Shown: piece after piece, positions 27,768-39,091 of the stretch
Position numbering within the stretch: the first letter of the stretch is position 1
How the letters are laid out: each line of letters opens with the position of its first letter
From: a plasmid
Sequence record: NZ_CP069608.1
Direction: 5' to 3' (one strand)
DNA: 64,000 nucleotides
The notes under the pieces: generated by a model
Seen by the model: only the letters and a program-made list of their open reading frames with translations
Told to the model about the DNA's origin: nothing
Database searches by the model: none
Made by a program: the position numbers and the translations under genes

Positions 27768-29030
27768 TTATTTTGTTTCCTTTAATTCATTATGATTATT
27801 CTTCATTCCCTTTTTTAGAAAAAATAAGAAAGATAAACATAGTCCTGCTCCAATCCCCACTGTTAAATTAGTAAAGACGGTGAGCAAAAAAGTGGTCGTT
27901 AAAATCAATGAATGTGTAGATTTATCTTTTAGAATAGTAGAGAATTGTTCTCTTTTACTTATATTCCATGCTACCATCATTAAAACAGGAGCCAAACTAG
28001 CAAGGGAAACGTATGAAGCATATGGTGCAAGTAATAATAAAACAAATAACACAAATAAAGCATGCGTTATTCCTGCAATAGGTGAAGAGGCGCCATTTTT
28101 TATATTTGTTACAGTCCGTGCTATTTCTCCTGCAGCTGGAATTCCATGAAATAAAGGGGTAACCATATTTACAATTCCCTGACCGATTAACTCCCTTTTG
28201 CTACAATGTTTGGATTGAGTCATTTCGTCCGCAACCCGAGCTGTCAACAAAGATTGCAACCCTACAAGTACTGCTATGACAAAAGATGAGGGTAAGAGAG
28301 TTATCATCTTGTCAACGGTAACTTGGGGGAAATGAGGTATAGGAAGCTGATTTGGAATTTTTCCATAAATTGAACTGATGGTTTCAATTTGACTTGAAAA
28401 GAGCATAGATGAAATTAAACTCGAAAAAAGTATTCCTAACAAATAAGAAACCCCTATAGATTTAGGAAAAAAATGCAGAACAACTAGAATGATTAACAAA
28501 CAAAGGGCTGCAGTAATTACACTATAGATATTCACTCTAGTAAGGTTTTCAAATATTTCTTTCATATTTAGATAGAAGTATTTGGATTTATCAATATTAT
28601 GCAACCCTAACAGATTTGGGATTTGTCCAGTAAAAATAATAACAGCAATACCAGACTGAAAGCCTATAATTGTTGATTGAGGGAAAAACTTAATTAAGCT
28701 TCCTACTTTGCATATTGCAAAGATAATTAGTAAAATACCTGACATAAATCCTGCAATTAAGAGGTTTTCATATCCAAATTGCAACATAATACCTAATAAA
28801 ACCGGAACAAAAGCACCAGTGGGCCCACCAATTTGAAATCGAGAACCTCCAAATATAGAAATTAATAAACCAGCTACAATGGTTGTGTAAAGTCCTGTAA
28901 CAGGGTTTATACCTGAAGCAATAGCAAATCCTAAACCTAACGGAATAGCTATGATACCAACTACAATTCCTGATAGTACGTCCCTTTTTAAATGATCTAC
29001 AGAGTATCCTCTAAGTGTCTCTAATTTCAT
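27768..29030 (-). CDS. SulP/SLC26-family anion permease-like membrane protein (no STAS domain; possibly truncated)
   Basis: N-terminus SGIVVGIIAIPLGLGFAIASGINPVTGLYTTIVAGLLISIFGGSRFQIGGPTGAF typical of SulP; only 420 aa. Confidence 0.6.
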   Translation of the reverse strand: MKLETLRGYSVDHLKRDVLSGIVVGIIAIPLGLGFAIASGINPVTGLYTTIVAGLLISIFGGSRFQIGGPTGAFVPVLLGIMLQFGYENLLIAGFMSGILLIIFAICKVGSLIKFFPQSTIIGFQSGIAVIIFTGQIPNLLGLHNIDKSKYFYLNMKEIFENLTRVNIYSVITAALCLLIILVVLHFFPKSIGVSYLLGILFSSLISSMLFSSQIETISSIYGKIPNQLPIPHFPQVTVDKMITLLPSSFVIAVLVGLQSLLTARVADEMTQSKHCSKRELIGQGIVNMVTPLFHGIPAAGEIARTVTNIKNGASSPIAGITHALFVLFVLLLLAPYASYVSLASLAPVLMMVAWNISKREQFSTILKDKSTHSLILTTTFLLTVFTNLTVGIGAGLCLSFLFFLKKGMKNNHNELKETK

Positions 29031-29603
29031 GGATATATATTACCCTCCTAATTGATAAAGAATCTGCTATAGACTTTATTTTTATGCTGCATTAATAACT
29101 TGTTTTTTATTTTTAAAGGTTAATTCCATATCTAGGTCAGACATTCCAATAATTCCGCAATGTTCATCTTAATTAAAATGTTATAGAACAGACGTTCCGT
29201 TGGTAGGCACATGTATTGAGGTCATAGTATTCAGATTATTGTATTTAACCGTTTTATGTGTTTTACTTCTCCTTTATTAAAATTTTACTATCACAAAACT
29301 CTATCACCTCTCTAAATTTAATTATTAACTACTTAATAATTTAAGAGATAAAATTGAAGAAATGGTGAAGTTTTCTACTTTAGATTCTTTTTACCTATTT
29401 TATTAAAAAGCGCGTCTTCTTACCTAAATAAAAACTTCATAATTTCTTCAAAGTTATAATGTAAAATTTAAAGTAAAATTGAAAATAATTAGTATAGAGG
29501 ATGTAATCTCAAAGTTTAGCAAAATTATAATAGTTTTGTTAGAAATGAACCTACTTTTGCTATAGTAGATTTTATCTTTTAATTGGATGCGGGAGGAACT
29601 TTT

Positions 29604-30302
29604 ATGAAAAAGAAGATATTAATTGTCGATGATGAGTGGAATATGAGGAATTTATTAAAAATTTATTTAAAAGATGAATTTCACGTTATAGAAGCTGATG
29701 ATGGGGGTACAGCTTTATCCCTTATCTATGCAGAACATTTTGACCTTATCATACTGGATATTATGCTACCAAATATAGATGGTTGGAAAATATGTAAAGA
29801 GATAAGAAAAGAAAAAAACACTCCTATCCTCATGTTAACAGCTCGTAACGAATTAAAGGATAAGGTTTATGGACTGGGAATTGGAGCTGATGATTATTTA
29901 GGAAAGCCCTTTGAACCTGATGAGTTAGTTGCTCGAGTAAAATCTTTGTTGAGACGATCATTTATGAATGAAAATCATCTTGAAAATGTTTTAGTATTTG
30001 GAGAACAGTTATTGATTATAAAGACAGATAGTAGAATAGTTTTTGTGAAAGGAGAGAAATTGGATTTGACTCCTAAAGAATATGATGTTTTTTACTTATT
30101 AGCTAAGCAACCTCATCGTTTATTTACAAGGGATGTATTATTAGATGTAGTTTGGGGGCTTAAGGATATAAAAGATGTAAGAACGGTTGATACACACATT
30201 AAAAATATTCGAATAAAGGTAAAACAGAAGATACCCACTTATAATCCTATAAAAACGGTCTGGGGTCTTGGATATAGATTTGACCCAGTAGATGAAGAAT
30301 GA
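29604..30302 (+). CDS. OmpR/PhoB-family response regulator
   Basis: ILIVDDEWNMRNLL...DLIILDIMLP receiver; winged-helix C-terminus ...TVWGLGYRF. Confidence 0.85.
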   Translation: MKKKILIVDDEWNMRNLLKIYLKDEFHVIEADDGGTALSLIYAEHFDLIILDIMLPNIDGWKICKEIRKEKNTPILMLTARNELKDKVYGLGIGADDYLGKPFEPDELVARVKSLLRRSFMNENHLENVLVFGEQLLIIKTDSRIVFVKGEKLDLTPKEYDVFYLLAKQPHRLFTRDVLLDVVWGLKDIKDVRTVDTHIKNIRIKVKQKIPTYNPIKTVWGLGYRFDPVDEE

Positions 30303-31717
30303 TGAGATGGAATAGTATTGTTTTTAAATTAGGACTCACTATTTTTATTATTTTAGTAAGTGTACTCTTACCACTTATTTATGCTATCAACCAGTTATTT
30401 TCTGGTTTCTATTTAAGTGAGAATCACCATCAAGTTGACCGATTAGCTGATAAATACTCTAATATTCTGAAGAGTACAGAAGATCTTGCTTCTCTTACAA
30501 CAGTTGCTAACTTAACAGAAACGGAAATCTGTATTATTGATCAAAAGGGAAAGATTCTATATAGCTCTAATAAAGGTCTCTTTCGCTCAGGTAACCATGT
30601 ATCAAATAAGTTATTACAAACGCTTAATTCAAAACAAACCGTCCAAATAGAATATCAGAACCCGACAAATAACACTAATTACATTGTTTCCGGAAAACCT
30701 CTACGTTTATCAAATAAAGTAAGTGGGGGATTATTAGTGTTTTCAGATGCTGAGCATATAAAAAACTCTGTTCGTCATATGCAATTGTTGTTAGTGGTAT
30801 CTTTAGTTGGAGCCTTGTTTATTGCATTAGGATTTACTTACATTGCCTCAAAGAAACTTGCTTCTCCCCTTCTAGAAATGGAAAAAGTAACACGGGAAGT
30901 AGCTAAAGGAAAATTCTATAATAAAGTAGATGTTTCTTCAAATGATGAAGTAAGGTCCTTAGCTTTAGCTATAAATGATTTAGGCCAAGAATTAGAAAGG
31001 TACAGAAATAGGCAGAGAGATTTCTTTGCTAATATCTCTCATGATTTAAGAACGCCTATCTCTTATATTAAAGGTTACACACAAGTAATTTACGATAAAC
31101 TTTATACAGATGAAAAAGAAAAAGAACAATATTTATCCATTATTATAAATGAAGTGAATCAACTAAATGTATTAATAGACGACCTATTTGAATTGTCTAA
31201 ACTTGAAGGAGGACAATTAGAGCTATATCTAAATTGGATTAATGTTCAAGAATTAATTGAGGGATGTCTCAATAAAGTAAGATTAAAAGCAAAACAGAAG
31301 AAGATACAACTCTCCATACAACTAAAGGATAATATTCCTTATATCTATACAGATGGTGCACGCTTAGAGCAGCTTTTAATGAACATACTAGAGAATGCAA
31401 TACGCTATAACAAGTTAAATGGTCATATAGAGATAAAAGGGTGGATAGAGAAAAAGAAAGTTTATTTATCCATAAAAGATACGGGCGTCGGTATAGCAGA
31501 AGAAGATCTTCCATACATTTTTGAAAGGTTTTATAAAACAGATAAATCTCGGTCAAATCGTTTAGGGAGCACAGGTCTCGGATTGTCAATAGTTAAACAC
31601 CTTGTTTTATTATTAGAAGGAGAAATAAAAGTAAAGAGCACCTTACATAAAGGAACTACTTTTCTTATTACCTTACCCTCTAAAATAAAGGGAGACGTAC
31701 AAGATGAAAAGCTTTAA
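30299..31717 (+). CDS. Sensor histidine kinase (2 TM, HAMP, HisKA, HATPase)
   Basis: ISHDLRTPIS H-box; GTGLGLSIVKHLV G-box; ATGA overlap with the RR gene. Confidence 0.85.
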   Translation: MMRWNSIVFKLGLTIFIILVSVLLPLIYAINQLFSGFYLSENHHQVDRLADKYSNILKSTEDLASLTTVANLTETEICIIDQKGKILYSSNKGLFRSGNHVSNKLLQTLNSKQTVQIEYQNPTNNTNYIVSGKPLRLSNKVSGGLLVFSDAEHIKNSVRHMQLLLVVSLVGALFIALGFTYIASKKLASPLLEMEKVTREVAKGKFYNKVDVSSNDEVRSLALAINDLGQELERYRNRQRDFFANISHDLRTPISYIKGYTQVIYDKLYTDEKEKEQYLSIIINEVNQLNVLIDDLFELSKLEGGQLELYLNWINVQELIEGCLNKVRLKAKQKKIQLSIQLKDNIPYIYTDGARLEQLLMNILENAIRYNKLNGHIEIKGWIEKKKVYLSIKDTGVGIAEEDLPYIFERFYKTDKSRSNRLGSTGLGLSIVKHLVLLLEGEIKVKSTLHKGTTFLITLPSKIKGDVQDEKL

Positions 31718-31889
31718 ACGATATCTTCCACTTTTATTTATTATTTTAGGTATTTTCTGTCTAGTAGCTGTTAGCAACTCTTTATATGTAGATAAGCATT
31801 TTCTTAAAGCGTTAATAGGAATAGTTGTTCTAATGTCCTTTCCTACTCTTTTTCTGTTTATTTATCGTAAGGTAATGAGAAAAAAGTGA
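31704..31889 (+). CDS. Small 2-TM membrane protein overlapping the HK 3' end
   Basis: ORF only. Confidence 0.3.
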   Translation: MKSFKRYLPLLFIILGIFCLVAVSNSLYVDKHFLKALIGIVVLMSFPTLFLFIYRKVMRKK

Positions 31890-32370
31890 AAATTTTATAA
31901 AATATGTTATTTGTCTTCAAAAACTGAATCTGGTTAAGTATGTTCATTAAAAAACAGGATTTTCATTTCTTTTATCTAATTTTATCAAATAAAGATGCAT
32001 AGAGGATCTATTACGTTATTTCCTCTACATATTATCTAACTCAAGGTGAAAGGATGGAATGGCCGAATTTTAATGAAACTGAATTCTCTTAAAAAAGAAC
32101 GACTAAATAAAAATTCCATAAAAGCTATAGATACTTTCTCTGATATGTTTTCTATAGAAGAAAAAAGATGCCCTATAATTGATAAATCCTAATATGCATA
32201 AAAATAAAGTAAATCAAGTACCATTTTAGTTTCTATAATTCTTATCCTTTTTTAAATTTTTATAAAGGTTTTGAAAAATGAACTCGTTTCCCTAATCTTA
32301 TTTAATTTTGGAATCCGTAAAGTGCACCCTCAAAATCAATATATTTGTTTATTAATAGGGGGAAGTAAAA

Positions 32371-33897
32371 GTGAAAAAGAGATTGTTCTCGCTAATGATA
32401 ATATCGTTTCTTCTTTTATGTATATATACCTTTCCAGCCAGCGCTATAGAAAAAGAAAAACGTGAATGGCAAGACGAGACTATGTATTTTTTAATGGTTG
32501 ATCGTTTTAATAATGGTGACACCATGAATGATAAAGAAGTAGACAGGCAAAATCGCCTTGCCTATCAAGGCGGTGATTTTAAGGGTATAGTAGATAAACT
32601 TGATAAACTCAAAGAGATCGGTTTTACTACCATTGTACTTACACCCATTTTTCAAAATGAAAAGGGGGGCTACCATGGCTATTGGATTACCAACTTTTAT
32701 AAGATAAATAAACAATTTGGTTCTATAAAAGAGTTTAAAGATCTTGTGAGCGAAGCTCATGATCGCAATATGAAAGTATTAATTGATTTTCCAGTTACAC
32801 ATGTCAGCACTTCGCATCCTTGGGTAGATGAAAAGGGAAAAGAAAATTGGTTCACAAACAAAAAGGATCCCGTTTCTCAAAAATGGCTCGGAAACATGGC
32901 AGCTTTAAATCTTGAAAATAATGAAACAAAACAGGAGCTAATTAAAGTAGCAAAATGGTGGGTTAAAAATACAAATCTTGACGGCTATTATTTAAGTAAT
33001 GCGTCCGGGGCACCACTTAATTTTTGGAATGACTTTTCAAAAGAAGTAAAAAGAGAAAAAAAAGATCTCTTTTTACTTGGAGAAAGTCAAAAGAAAGATT
33101 TAAAAACGTTAACGGCTTATGAGAAAACAAGACTTGACGGGATAACCTATTCACGTTTGAATAATCCACTACGTCAACAGTTTATAAAACTTAATAAAGA
33201 TTCTAACGAAACGATTGACCTTCTTCAAAAGAAAGAAGAGACATTCGAAAATTCTCGTCTTTCGGCTAACTATTTAGATTCCTATAAAACAGAACGCTTT
33301 ACACGAGATGTAGTGGAAGAAAAAGTATTCCCAGGGGCACGATGGAAAATGGCTTTAACATACTTATATACTATTCCAGGTCTACCCCTTGTTTATTATG
33401 GGTCAGAAATTGCACTTAACGGAGGTGAAGGTGTAGATAATCATCGGACAATGGATTTTCGTGCAGGTAATGAATTAATCGATTACATTACAAAATTGGG
33501 AGAACTCCGCCAGCAATTGCCTGCTTTAACAAGAGGCACGTATGAATCTATTTATAATAAAAAGGGAATGACAGTTTTCAAAAGAGAATATAAAAAAGAA
33601 ACGTTAATTGTAGCTATTAATAACACAAGTAAAACACAGAAGGTAACTATCCCGGTGTCAAAATTCGCCAAAGGCAAAGAGCTGAGGGGACTCTTAGCAG
33701 GAGATCTTGTACGCCCTAACGAGGAAAAGTTTACAATCATATTAGAACGAGAGCAATCTGAAATTTATGCCCTTGCAAAAAAAACCGGAATTAATATTCC
33801 ATTAATTGTAACATTAGCTACTATCTACATTTTTTTCATACTTTTTATTTTCCAGAATAAGAAATATAGACAGCGAGAACGAAAAAAGTCTGCTTGA
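32371..33897 (+). CDS. Secreted GH13 alpha-amylase-family glycoside hydrolase with C-terminal membrane anchor (GTG start)
   Basis: Signal peptide; QGGDFKGIVDKLDKLKEIGFTTIVLTPIF...GYHGYW; C-terminal hydrophobic segment + KKYRQRERKK. Confidence 0.7.
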   Translation: MKKRLFSLMIISFLLLCIYTFPASAIEKEKREWQDETMYFLMVDRFNNGDTMNDKEVDRQNRLAYQGGDFKGIVDKLDKLKEIGFTTIVLTPIFQNEKGGYHGYWITNFYKINKQFGSIKEFKDLVSEAHDRNMKVLIDFPVTHVSTSHPWVDEKGKENWFTNKKDPVSQKWLGNMAALNLENNETKQELIKVAKWWVKNTNLDGYYLSNASGAPLNFWNDFSKEVKREKKDLFLLGESQKKDLKTLTAYEKTRLDGITYSRLNNPLRQQFIKLNKDSNETIDLLQKKEETFENSRLSANYLDSYKTERFTRDVVEEKVFPGARWKMALTYLYTIPGLPLVYYGSEIALNGGEGVDNHRTMDFRAGNELIDYITKLGELRQQLPALTRGTYESIYNKKGMTVFKREYKKETLIVAINNTSKTQKVTIPVSKFAKGKELRGLLAGDLVRPNEEKFTIILEREQSEIYALAKKTGINIPLIVTLATIYIFFILFIFQNKKYRQRERKKSA

Positions 33898-34140
33898 ATT
33901 TTAGAAGTTTTAATTAATAAGGAGAGGAAGATCAAGAATCTTTATATAAAATGATTTTTTTAAGGGGAGAAGATAAAAAAACGGAAAAGCTTTTTCTTGT
34001 TAAGAAGTTTTTCCATTTTTTATCTTATAAATTTAGCCATTAATAATCCCTGTTGTATTTAATTGTTGTCGTTGATTAGAATTAGCTATGATGATTTTGA
34101 ATAGTTAGCTTAAACATACACTTAATTAACTTAAACCTCG

Positions 34141-34302
34141 TCACCTTGGTTTTATTATTTCATCTATTCCTTGTAGCTTGTCTTCATATGTTACCTCTTT
34201 TGAAAAACCTTCTGGAACCCCAACTTCATTTGTAAAACCTTGGGGTGAATTTGTTGCTCCTATATCATAATTTTCAGATAAACCTAACTTTTTTATTACC
34301 AT
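34141..34302 (-). CDS. Possible 53-aa small ORF (MVIKKLGLSENYDIGATNSPQGF...) with GGAGAG RBS
   Basis: RBS spacing good; short. Confidence 0.2.
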   Translation of the reverse strand: MVIKKLGLSENYDIGATNSPQGFTNEVGVPEGFSKEVTYEDKLQGIDEIIKPR

Positions 34303-34653
34303 TCTCATCTCTCCTTTTTGGAATTTATATTATTTAGTTTTAACTGTAAGAGTAAAATAATAGCTGTTAATAATTACTATTTTAAAATATTCTTTTTCCA
34401 ATTTTAGTTAGTTGGATTATAAACTTTTATACCCTCAGCCTTTATTCCCATGTTATACCACAAAAATCTTAATACGGGTATATAAAATAATACAGATACT
34501 ATTAGGATCCGTTTAATAATTGATGTACCTTTATGGAGTTGTATTTGTCAACTTAAAATCCAGCCATTTCGTCATTAAAAACCCAGCCAATTTTCTGCCT
34601 TCATTTATATAATTGGCCGGTTTTTTAATGCTTTTTTTATTCTTCTTTTCGTT

Positions 34654-35439
34654 CTATCTCTGTTCGATTAATTCTTGTTTCTTCAACCATTTCTCTGTCT
34701 CTTTCATGCGGTAGGAGTCACCAATCATATTCACAATATAGGCTTGATGGGTTAAACGATCAATCATAGCTGCTGTCATGACAGGGTCTTGAAAGATTTC
34801 TCCCCATCTTTCAAAGGATAAGTTCGTTGTAATAATGGTTGATTTCTGATTCGCTCGTAATGATAAATGAGTAAACAATAACTCTGCACCTTCTTTATCA
34901 AATGAAATATAGCCCATTTCATCTGCGATGACTAAATCATATTTTTCAAATCGATTCTGAAAAACTCGTAGAGTTCTCTCCGACCTGCATTCCTTTATTT
35001 GGTTGACTAATAAAGGAACCGTTGTAAACCATACCTTATAACCTTCCATACAAGCTTTTATCCCTAAGCCAATTGCCATGTGAGTCTTTCCTGTACCCGC
35101 ATTGCCAGCTAAAATGACATTTCGGCCTTCTCTGATAAAATCTAAGCTCTTTAAAAGTTTAAATTTTTGCTGGGCATCTTTTGATAAATCCTCAGTTGAT
35201 AGATCTTCTAGATATTTCTTATAGGGAAAGTCTGCACGACGGATTCGATTATATTTGGCAGATTCCTGTCTAGAATCCAGTTCTTTTTGAAGTAACTGTC
35301 GTAAGAATTCTTCATAACTGGCATCTGTTTCAACTGATTCTTTAATCACTTCTTCAAAATCCTGACGGATTTTAGGTAATTTGAGCTCTTTGCTTAATGT
35401 ATTAATTTCCTCTACCAATGCTTGCTTAGAAAGTTCCAT
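34654..35439 (-). CDS. istB: IS21-family helper ATPase IstB
   Basis: Walker A GNAGTGKTH; Walker B LVIADEMGY. Confidence 0.9.
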   Translation of the reverse strand: MELSKQALVEEINTLSKELKLPKIRQDFEEVIKESVETDASYEEFLRQLLQKELDSRQESAKYNRIRRADFPYKKYLEDLSTEDLSKDAQQKFKLLKSLDFIREGRNVILAGNAGTGKTHMAIGLGIKACMEGYKVWFTTVPLLVNQIKECRSERTLRVFQNRFEKYDLVIADEMGYISFDKEGAELLFTHLSLRANQKSTIITTNLSFERWGEIFQDPVMTAAMIDRLTHQAYIVNMIGDSYRMKETEKWLKKQELIEQR

Positions 35440-35452
35440 TTACCTGCACCCC

Positions 35453-37045
35453 TTATTGGATAAATTTCGTTTGGAACAGTTGATCATAGGTCTGAAGATG
35501 TTGTTTAGAATAGTGTTCGATATCGATGGTTTTCTGAGATGAATAGTCTGTAGGTAGATGTAGTCCTTCTCTTTGTTTCGCGCAGATTAATTTGATTTTA
35601 TCTGTGGTGATATGGCTAGGATGAAGAGTAGAGAGTTCTTGAATGCTTTTTTCTATCTGTTCGATAGTAATTCCAGACTTAATAAAGTGTATTAACTCTA
35701 TAAAATCCTTAGGGTGAGTGGTATAGTAAGAGTAGTATATTTTCTTTAATTTTGGATTTACCTGTTGTAATGCTGTGCTATCAGCTAATGCACCAGGCTT
35801 TTTTTGTAGGGTATACAAATAATGTTCAAGGTGTAAGCTCCATTCATGATTTCCAGTTTGTCGTGGATGTAAAGCGATTCTCTTTTCCCGATAAAAACAT
35901 TGAATATGATCGCTGTAAATTTTGATCCGAATCATCTCTCCAACTAGATGGTCCGGTACAGAGTAGTAGTTTTGATCAACGATGACAGTTGAATACTTAG
36001 TCACACGTCCATTTATCACTCTTGCTGCATCAAAAGGCGGGGGCGCTACTAATAAATACTTCTTTTCTTCTTTTATTAAGTCGTTTGGCGTCAAACGAGA
36101 TGATGAGTTCTTCTCTTTGTGATTGAGTTTCAAGCAAATTTCATGTAAATAGTGATTTGCTTTTTCTAATGTGTCAAAGGTATCTTGAAAGGCAAATGCC
36201 TTTCTTCTAATCATCTCTACACTTCGCTCTACATGTCCTTTTTCATTTCCACTTGCTGTATTACAGAAACGGTAATGAAATGAATAATAAAGCGAAAGCT
36301 TTATCAGCGCCTCGGTAGGTTCTCTTTCTGTGCCAATAAATCTCTTTACGGCTACTTTCATATTGTCATATACCATGGTGTGAAATACACCGCCAATATC
36401 TTTAAAGAACAACGAATGAGCTTCTTGAAAACATTCCGTTTTTTGTTTTGTAAATAAATAAGCCATTCTAAAGTTACTATAAGCTGACGTAAACGTGGCC
36501 ATTTGTAAGGCCTGTTTTCTGCCATTAATCATTAATTTGACTTCTCCCCAGTCAAATTCGCAAACCTCTCCAGGCGCGTAAGCTCCTTTAATAAATGCTT
36601 CTTTTTTTGTTTTTTCCATTGCTCTTATCGTGCGAAGAACTGTGCTATAACTAATGGTAAATCCTTCGGATTCTAAGGATTCATGAATATCAACAGCTTT
36701 TTTTATTTGCTTCCTTAACCCCTGTTGCTTTTTCTGCACATTTTCTTCTAGATGCATTTGAATACGATGTAAAATCTCTTTAGATAGCTTTCTTTTCTTG
36801 GAATCACGTTTCTTGTATCTTGGGGCCTCTACAATTTCTTGAATAAGTTCACCAGTATCCGCATTTTTATCTTCACTCAGTAATTTGTTCTTCCTCGTCT
36901 CATACTCACGAATATACTTTCCTACTGTTTCTCGGTTAACGCCTACTAAGCTGGCAATCTTTCTCTGAGAATAACCTTCTCGTACGTGCAGTAATATAAT
37001 CTCCTGTTTCTTTTTCAGCGTAATCATCTCCCCAAATTCCCCCAT
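35453..37045 (-). CDS. istA: IS21-family transposase IstA
   Basis: N-terminal HTH (REGYSQRKIASLVGVNRETV); DDE core region. Confidence 0.9.
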   Translation of the reverse strand: MGEFGEMITLKKKQEIILLHVREGYSQRKIASLVGVNRETVGKYIREYETRKNKLLSEDKNADTGELIQEIVEAPRYKKRDSKKRKLSKEILHRIQMHLEENVQKKQQGLRKQIKKAVDIHESLESEGFTISYSTVLRTIRAMEKTKKEAFIKGAYAPGEVCEFDWGEVKLMINGRKQALQMATFTSAYSNFRMAYLFTKQKTECFQEAHSLFFKDIGGVFHTMVYDNMKVAVKRFIGTEREPTEALIKLSLYYSFHYRFCNTASGNEKGHVERSVEMIRRKAFAFQDTFDTLEKANHYLHEICLKLNHKEKNSSSRLTPNDLIKEEKKYLLVAPPPFDAARVINGRVTKYSTVIVDQNYYSVPDHLVGEMIRIKIYSDHIQCFYREKRIALHPRQTGNHEWSLHLEHYLYTLQKKPGALADSTALQQVNPKLKKIYYSYYTTHPKDFIELIHFIKSGITIEQIEKSIQELSTLHPSHITTDKIKLICAKQREGLHLPTDYSSQKTIDIEHYSKQHLQTYDQLFQTKFIQ

Positions 37046-37502
37046 GAACCTACAAAATAGTCTGCATGGGTTTATTATAAACTGGCCGGATTTTCAATGA
37101 CTATGCTGGCTTAGTTTTAGAGTACTAAATACAGGAGTTCTACAAGGTAGTTATTGATTTGGCACTTTAAGACCTTCTCCGTATGTAAAATTCCCTTTTA
37201 TATTCTTATACAAATTCGTATAAATTAGCGAGGAATCTTCTTTCTTATGTTAGGGGAAAATAATAACTATTAGGTCCAAAAAGTAAAATATTTTATTTAA
37301 TATATGTAAATTAAAACAATATTTTCATTTAATTGTCTCATTAATAAAGAAACCTATTGGCATAATAAATTTATACATGAAAATAAAAATTTTAACCATA
37401 AATCTGTAACACTTCCTTCACATATCCTTAATTAATATCTGTTAAAATAAATTATACGTAGTAGTATGTCACTATACTTTAGTAAATAGGATTGGTTTAA
37501 AT

Positions 37503-38933
37503 TTGAAACTTAATTTCCTAAGGTCACCTAAAAATTTAATTAATTATAAGAGAATAAATATATTTAAAAGTACACAAAATCGCTTAACTTTTCTATATAG
37601 TGGGTTAATAATGACTTTTCTTATTCTTTTTGTAGTGGTTGTTTATTCAATACTTTACATAGGAACCATGAAAATTCAAGAGCATAAATTAGAAAATATA
37701 GCAGAGAGCAAAAAGAATATTGTGGAAGATTATTTAACACAACAAAAGGAAGAAAAGAAATTAAATGATATTCAGACACATGAATTAACTCAAAAAGATG
37801 CTGACCAATTTTTTTATTATATAGAAGACTCCGAAAAGAATTTAATTATAGCAGATGAAGTAAATATTCAACTACGGCCCCAAATATTGAAACTTTTACA
37901 AAAATGGAACCCAAGGAAAGTTGATACACATCAAGAAAAGTTGAATATAACTTATTCTGAATTAAAAATTAATCGAGATAGAGATAATGTTATTTTGGGT
38001 AGATCTCAAAAGTCTCGTGAAGTGCGGCTTATGATAGCTGGTCATCCTATTTTTCATAAAAACCAATACATAGGGATGTTGTATATAGGTAAGGATATAT
38101 CGTTTGCTTATCAATTATTTCATTGGCTTCTTGTGGTTTTAATAATTTTAGTTGTTTTATTTTTTGTTATCACATTATTTGTAAGCCATTTGATGTCTAA
38201 GAGATCTATGCTTCCTATTACAGATTCTTTCGAAAAGCAACGTCAATTTGTTGCTGATGCTTCTCATGAATTGCGCACGCCCTTAAGCGTAATGTTGTCT
38301 TCTCTAGACGCAATTGAAATGACAATTGATACCGAAAAAAATAACTTCACTCAGAAACTTCTCCATAATATGAGGAATGAGGTGAAGCGTATGACTAAAT
38401 TAGTAAGTGATTTGTTAACATTAGCTCGTTCAGATTCAAATAAACTTGAAAAAACAATTAAAACGTTCAATTTTCGCTCTCCAGTTGAACAAGCAATTGA
38501 TTCAATAAGGATTCTTGCTAAAGAAAAAAATATTAATATTCATTTAGATGCTGCTGAATCTATTATAGTACAAGGGGATCCTGAAAAATTAACACAGCTG
38601 CTGTACATTTTGTTAGATAACGGTATCAAATACACTCTACCTGGCGGAGATATCTACCTGAATGTAACGATTGATTTATATCAACAACGCCCAACCTTAT
38701 TTCTTAAAGTTCGTGATACAGGTATAGGAATTAAACAAGAAGATTATGATCTAATCTTTAATCGATTTTATAGAATGGATAAATCACGTAACCGACAAAC
38801 TGGGGGGAATGGATTAGGTTTAGCTATTGCTAAATTAATTGTAGAAGCTCATAGTGGAACAATTGAGGTTACAAGTCAGATAAATCAAGGAAGTACGTTT
38901 ACAATTCGAATCCCTTTATCTAAAAAGGCATAA
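37503..38933 (+). CDS. Sensor histidine kinase, orphan (no adjacent response regulator); TTG start uncertain
   Basis: ASHELRTPLS H-box; GNGLGLAIAKLIVEAHSG G-box. Confidence 0.75.
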   Translation: MKLNFLRSPKNLINYKRINIFKSTQNRLTFLYSGLIMTFLILFVVVVYSILYIGTMKIQEHKLENIAESKKNIVEDYLTQQKEEKKLNDIQTHELTQKDADQFFYYIEDSEKNLIIADEVNIQLRPQILKLLQKWNPRKVDTHQEKLNITYSELKINRDRDNVILGRSQKSREVRLMIAGHPIFHKNQYIGMLYIGKDISFAYQLFHWLLVVLIILVVLFFVITLFVSHLMSKRSMLPITDSFEKQRQFVADASHELRTPLSVMLSSLDAIEMTIDTEKNNFTQKLLHNMRNEVKRMTKLVSDLLTLARSDSNKLEKTIKTFNFRSPVEQAIDSIRILAKEKNINIHLDAAESIIVQGDPEKLTQLLYILLDNGIKYTLPGGDIYLNVTIDLYQQRPTLFLKVRDTGIGIKQEDYDLIFNRFYRMDKSRNRQTGGNGLGLAIAKLIVEAHSGTIEVTSQINQGSTFTIRIPLSKKA

Positions 38934-38965
38934 GGATGTGAAAAGCATCTTTATGCCTTTTGGGG
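38922..38965 (+). terminator. Hairpin AAGGCATAAGGATG...CATCTTTATGCCTT + T-rich tail
   Basis: Seen in sequence. Confidence 0.5.
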
Positions 38966-39091
38966 TTTATTTTATACAGTTATTTCTAAATAGGTTATAG
39001 CTTTATTTATATTACTTAGTTTTTTAGTTCATTTGTGATACATAAATTATAGTCTTTAGAATGATGGTATGAAAATACTTTTGACCGTCAT

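Larger units (their letters stand above)
34540..37133 (-). mobile_element. IS21-family insertion sequence (istA-istB), intact, TGT...ACA termini, 5-bp target duplication GGAGT
   Basis: Terminal IRs TGTATTTGTCAACTTAAAATCCAGCC / TGTATTTAGTACTCTAAAACTAAGCC (reverse complement); internal repeats; GGAGT flanks both ends. Confidence 0.75.

Noticed and set aside
32271-32465. 64-aa ORF overlapping the amylase start
   Set aside because: The amylase GTG start at 32371 has a proper RBS and signal peptide; the upstream frame has none.
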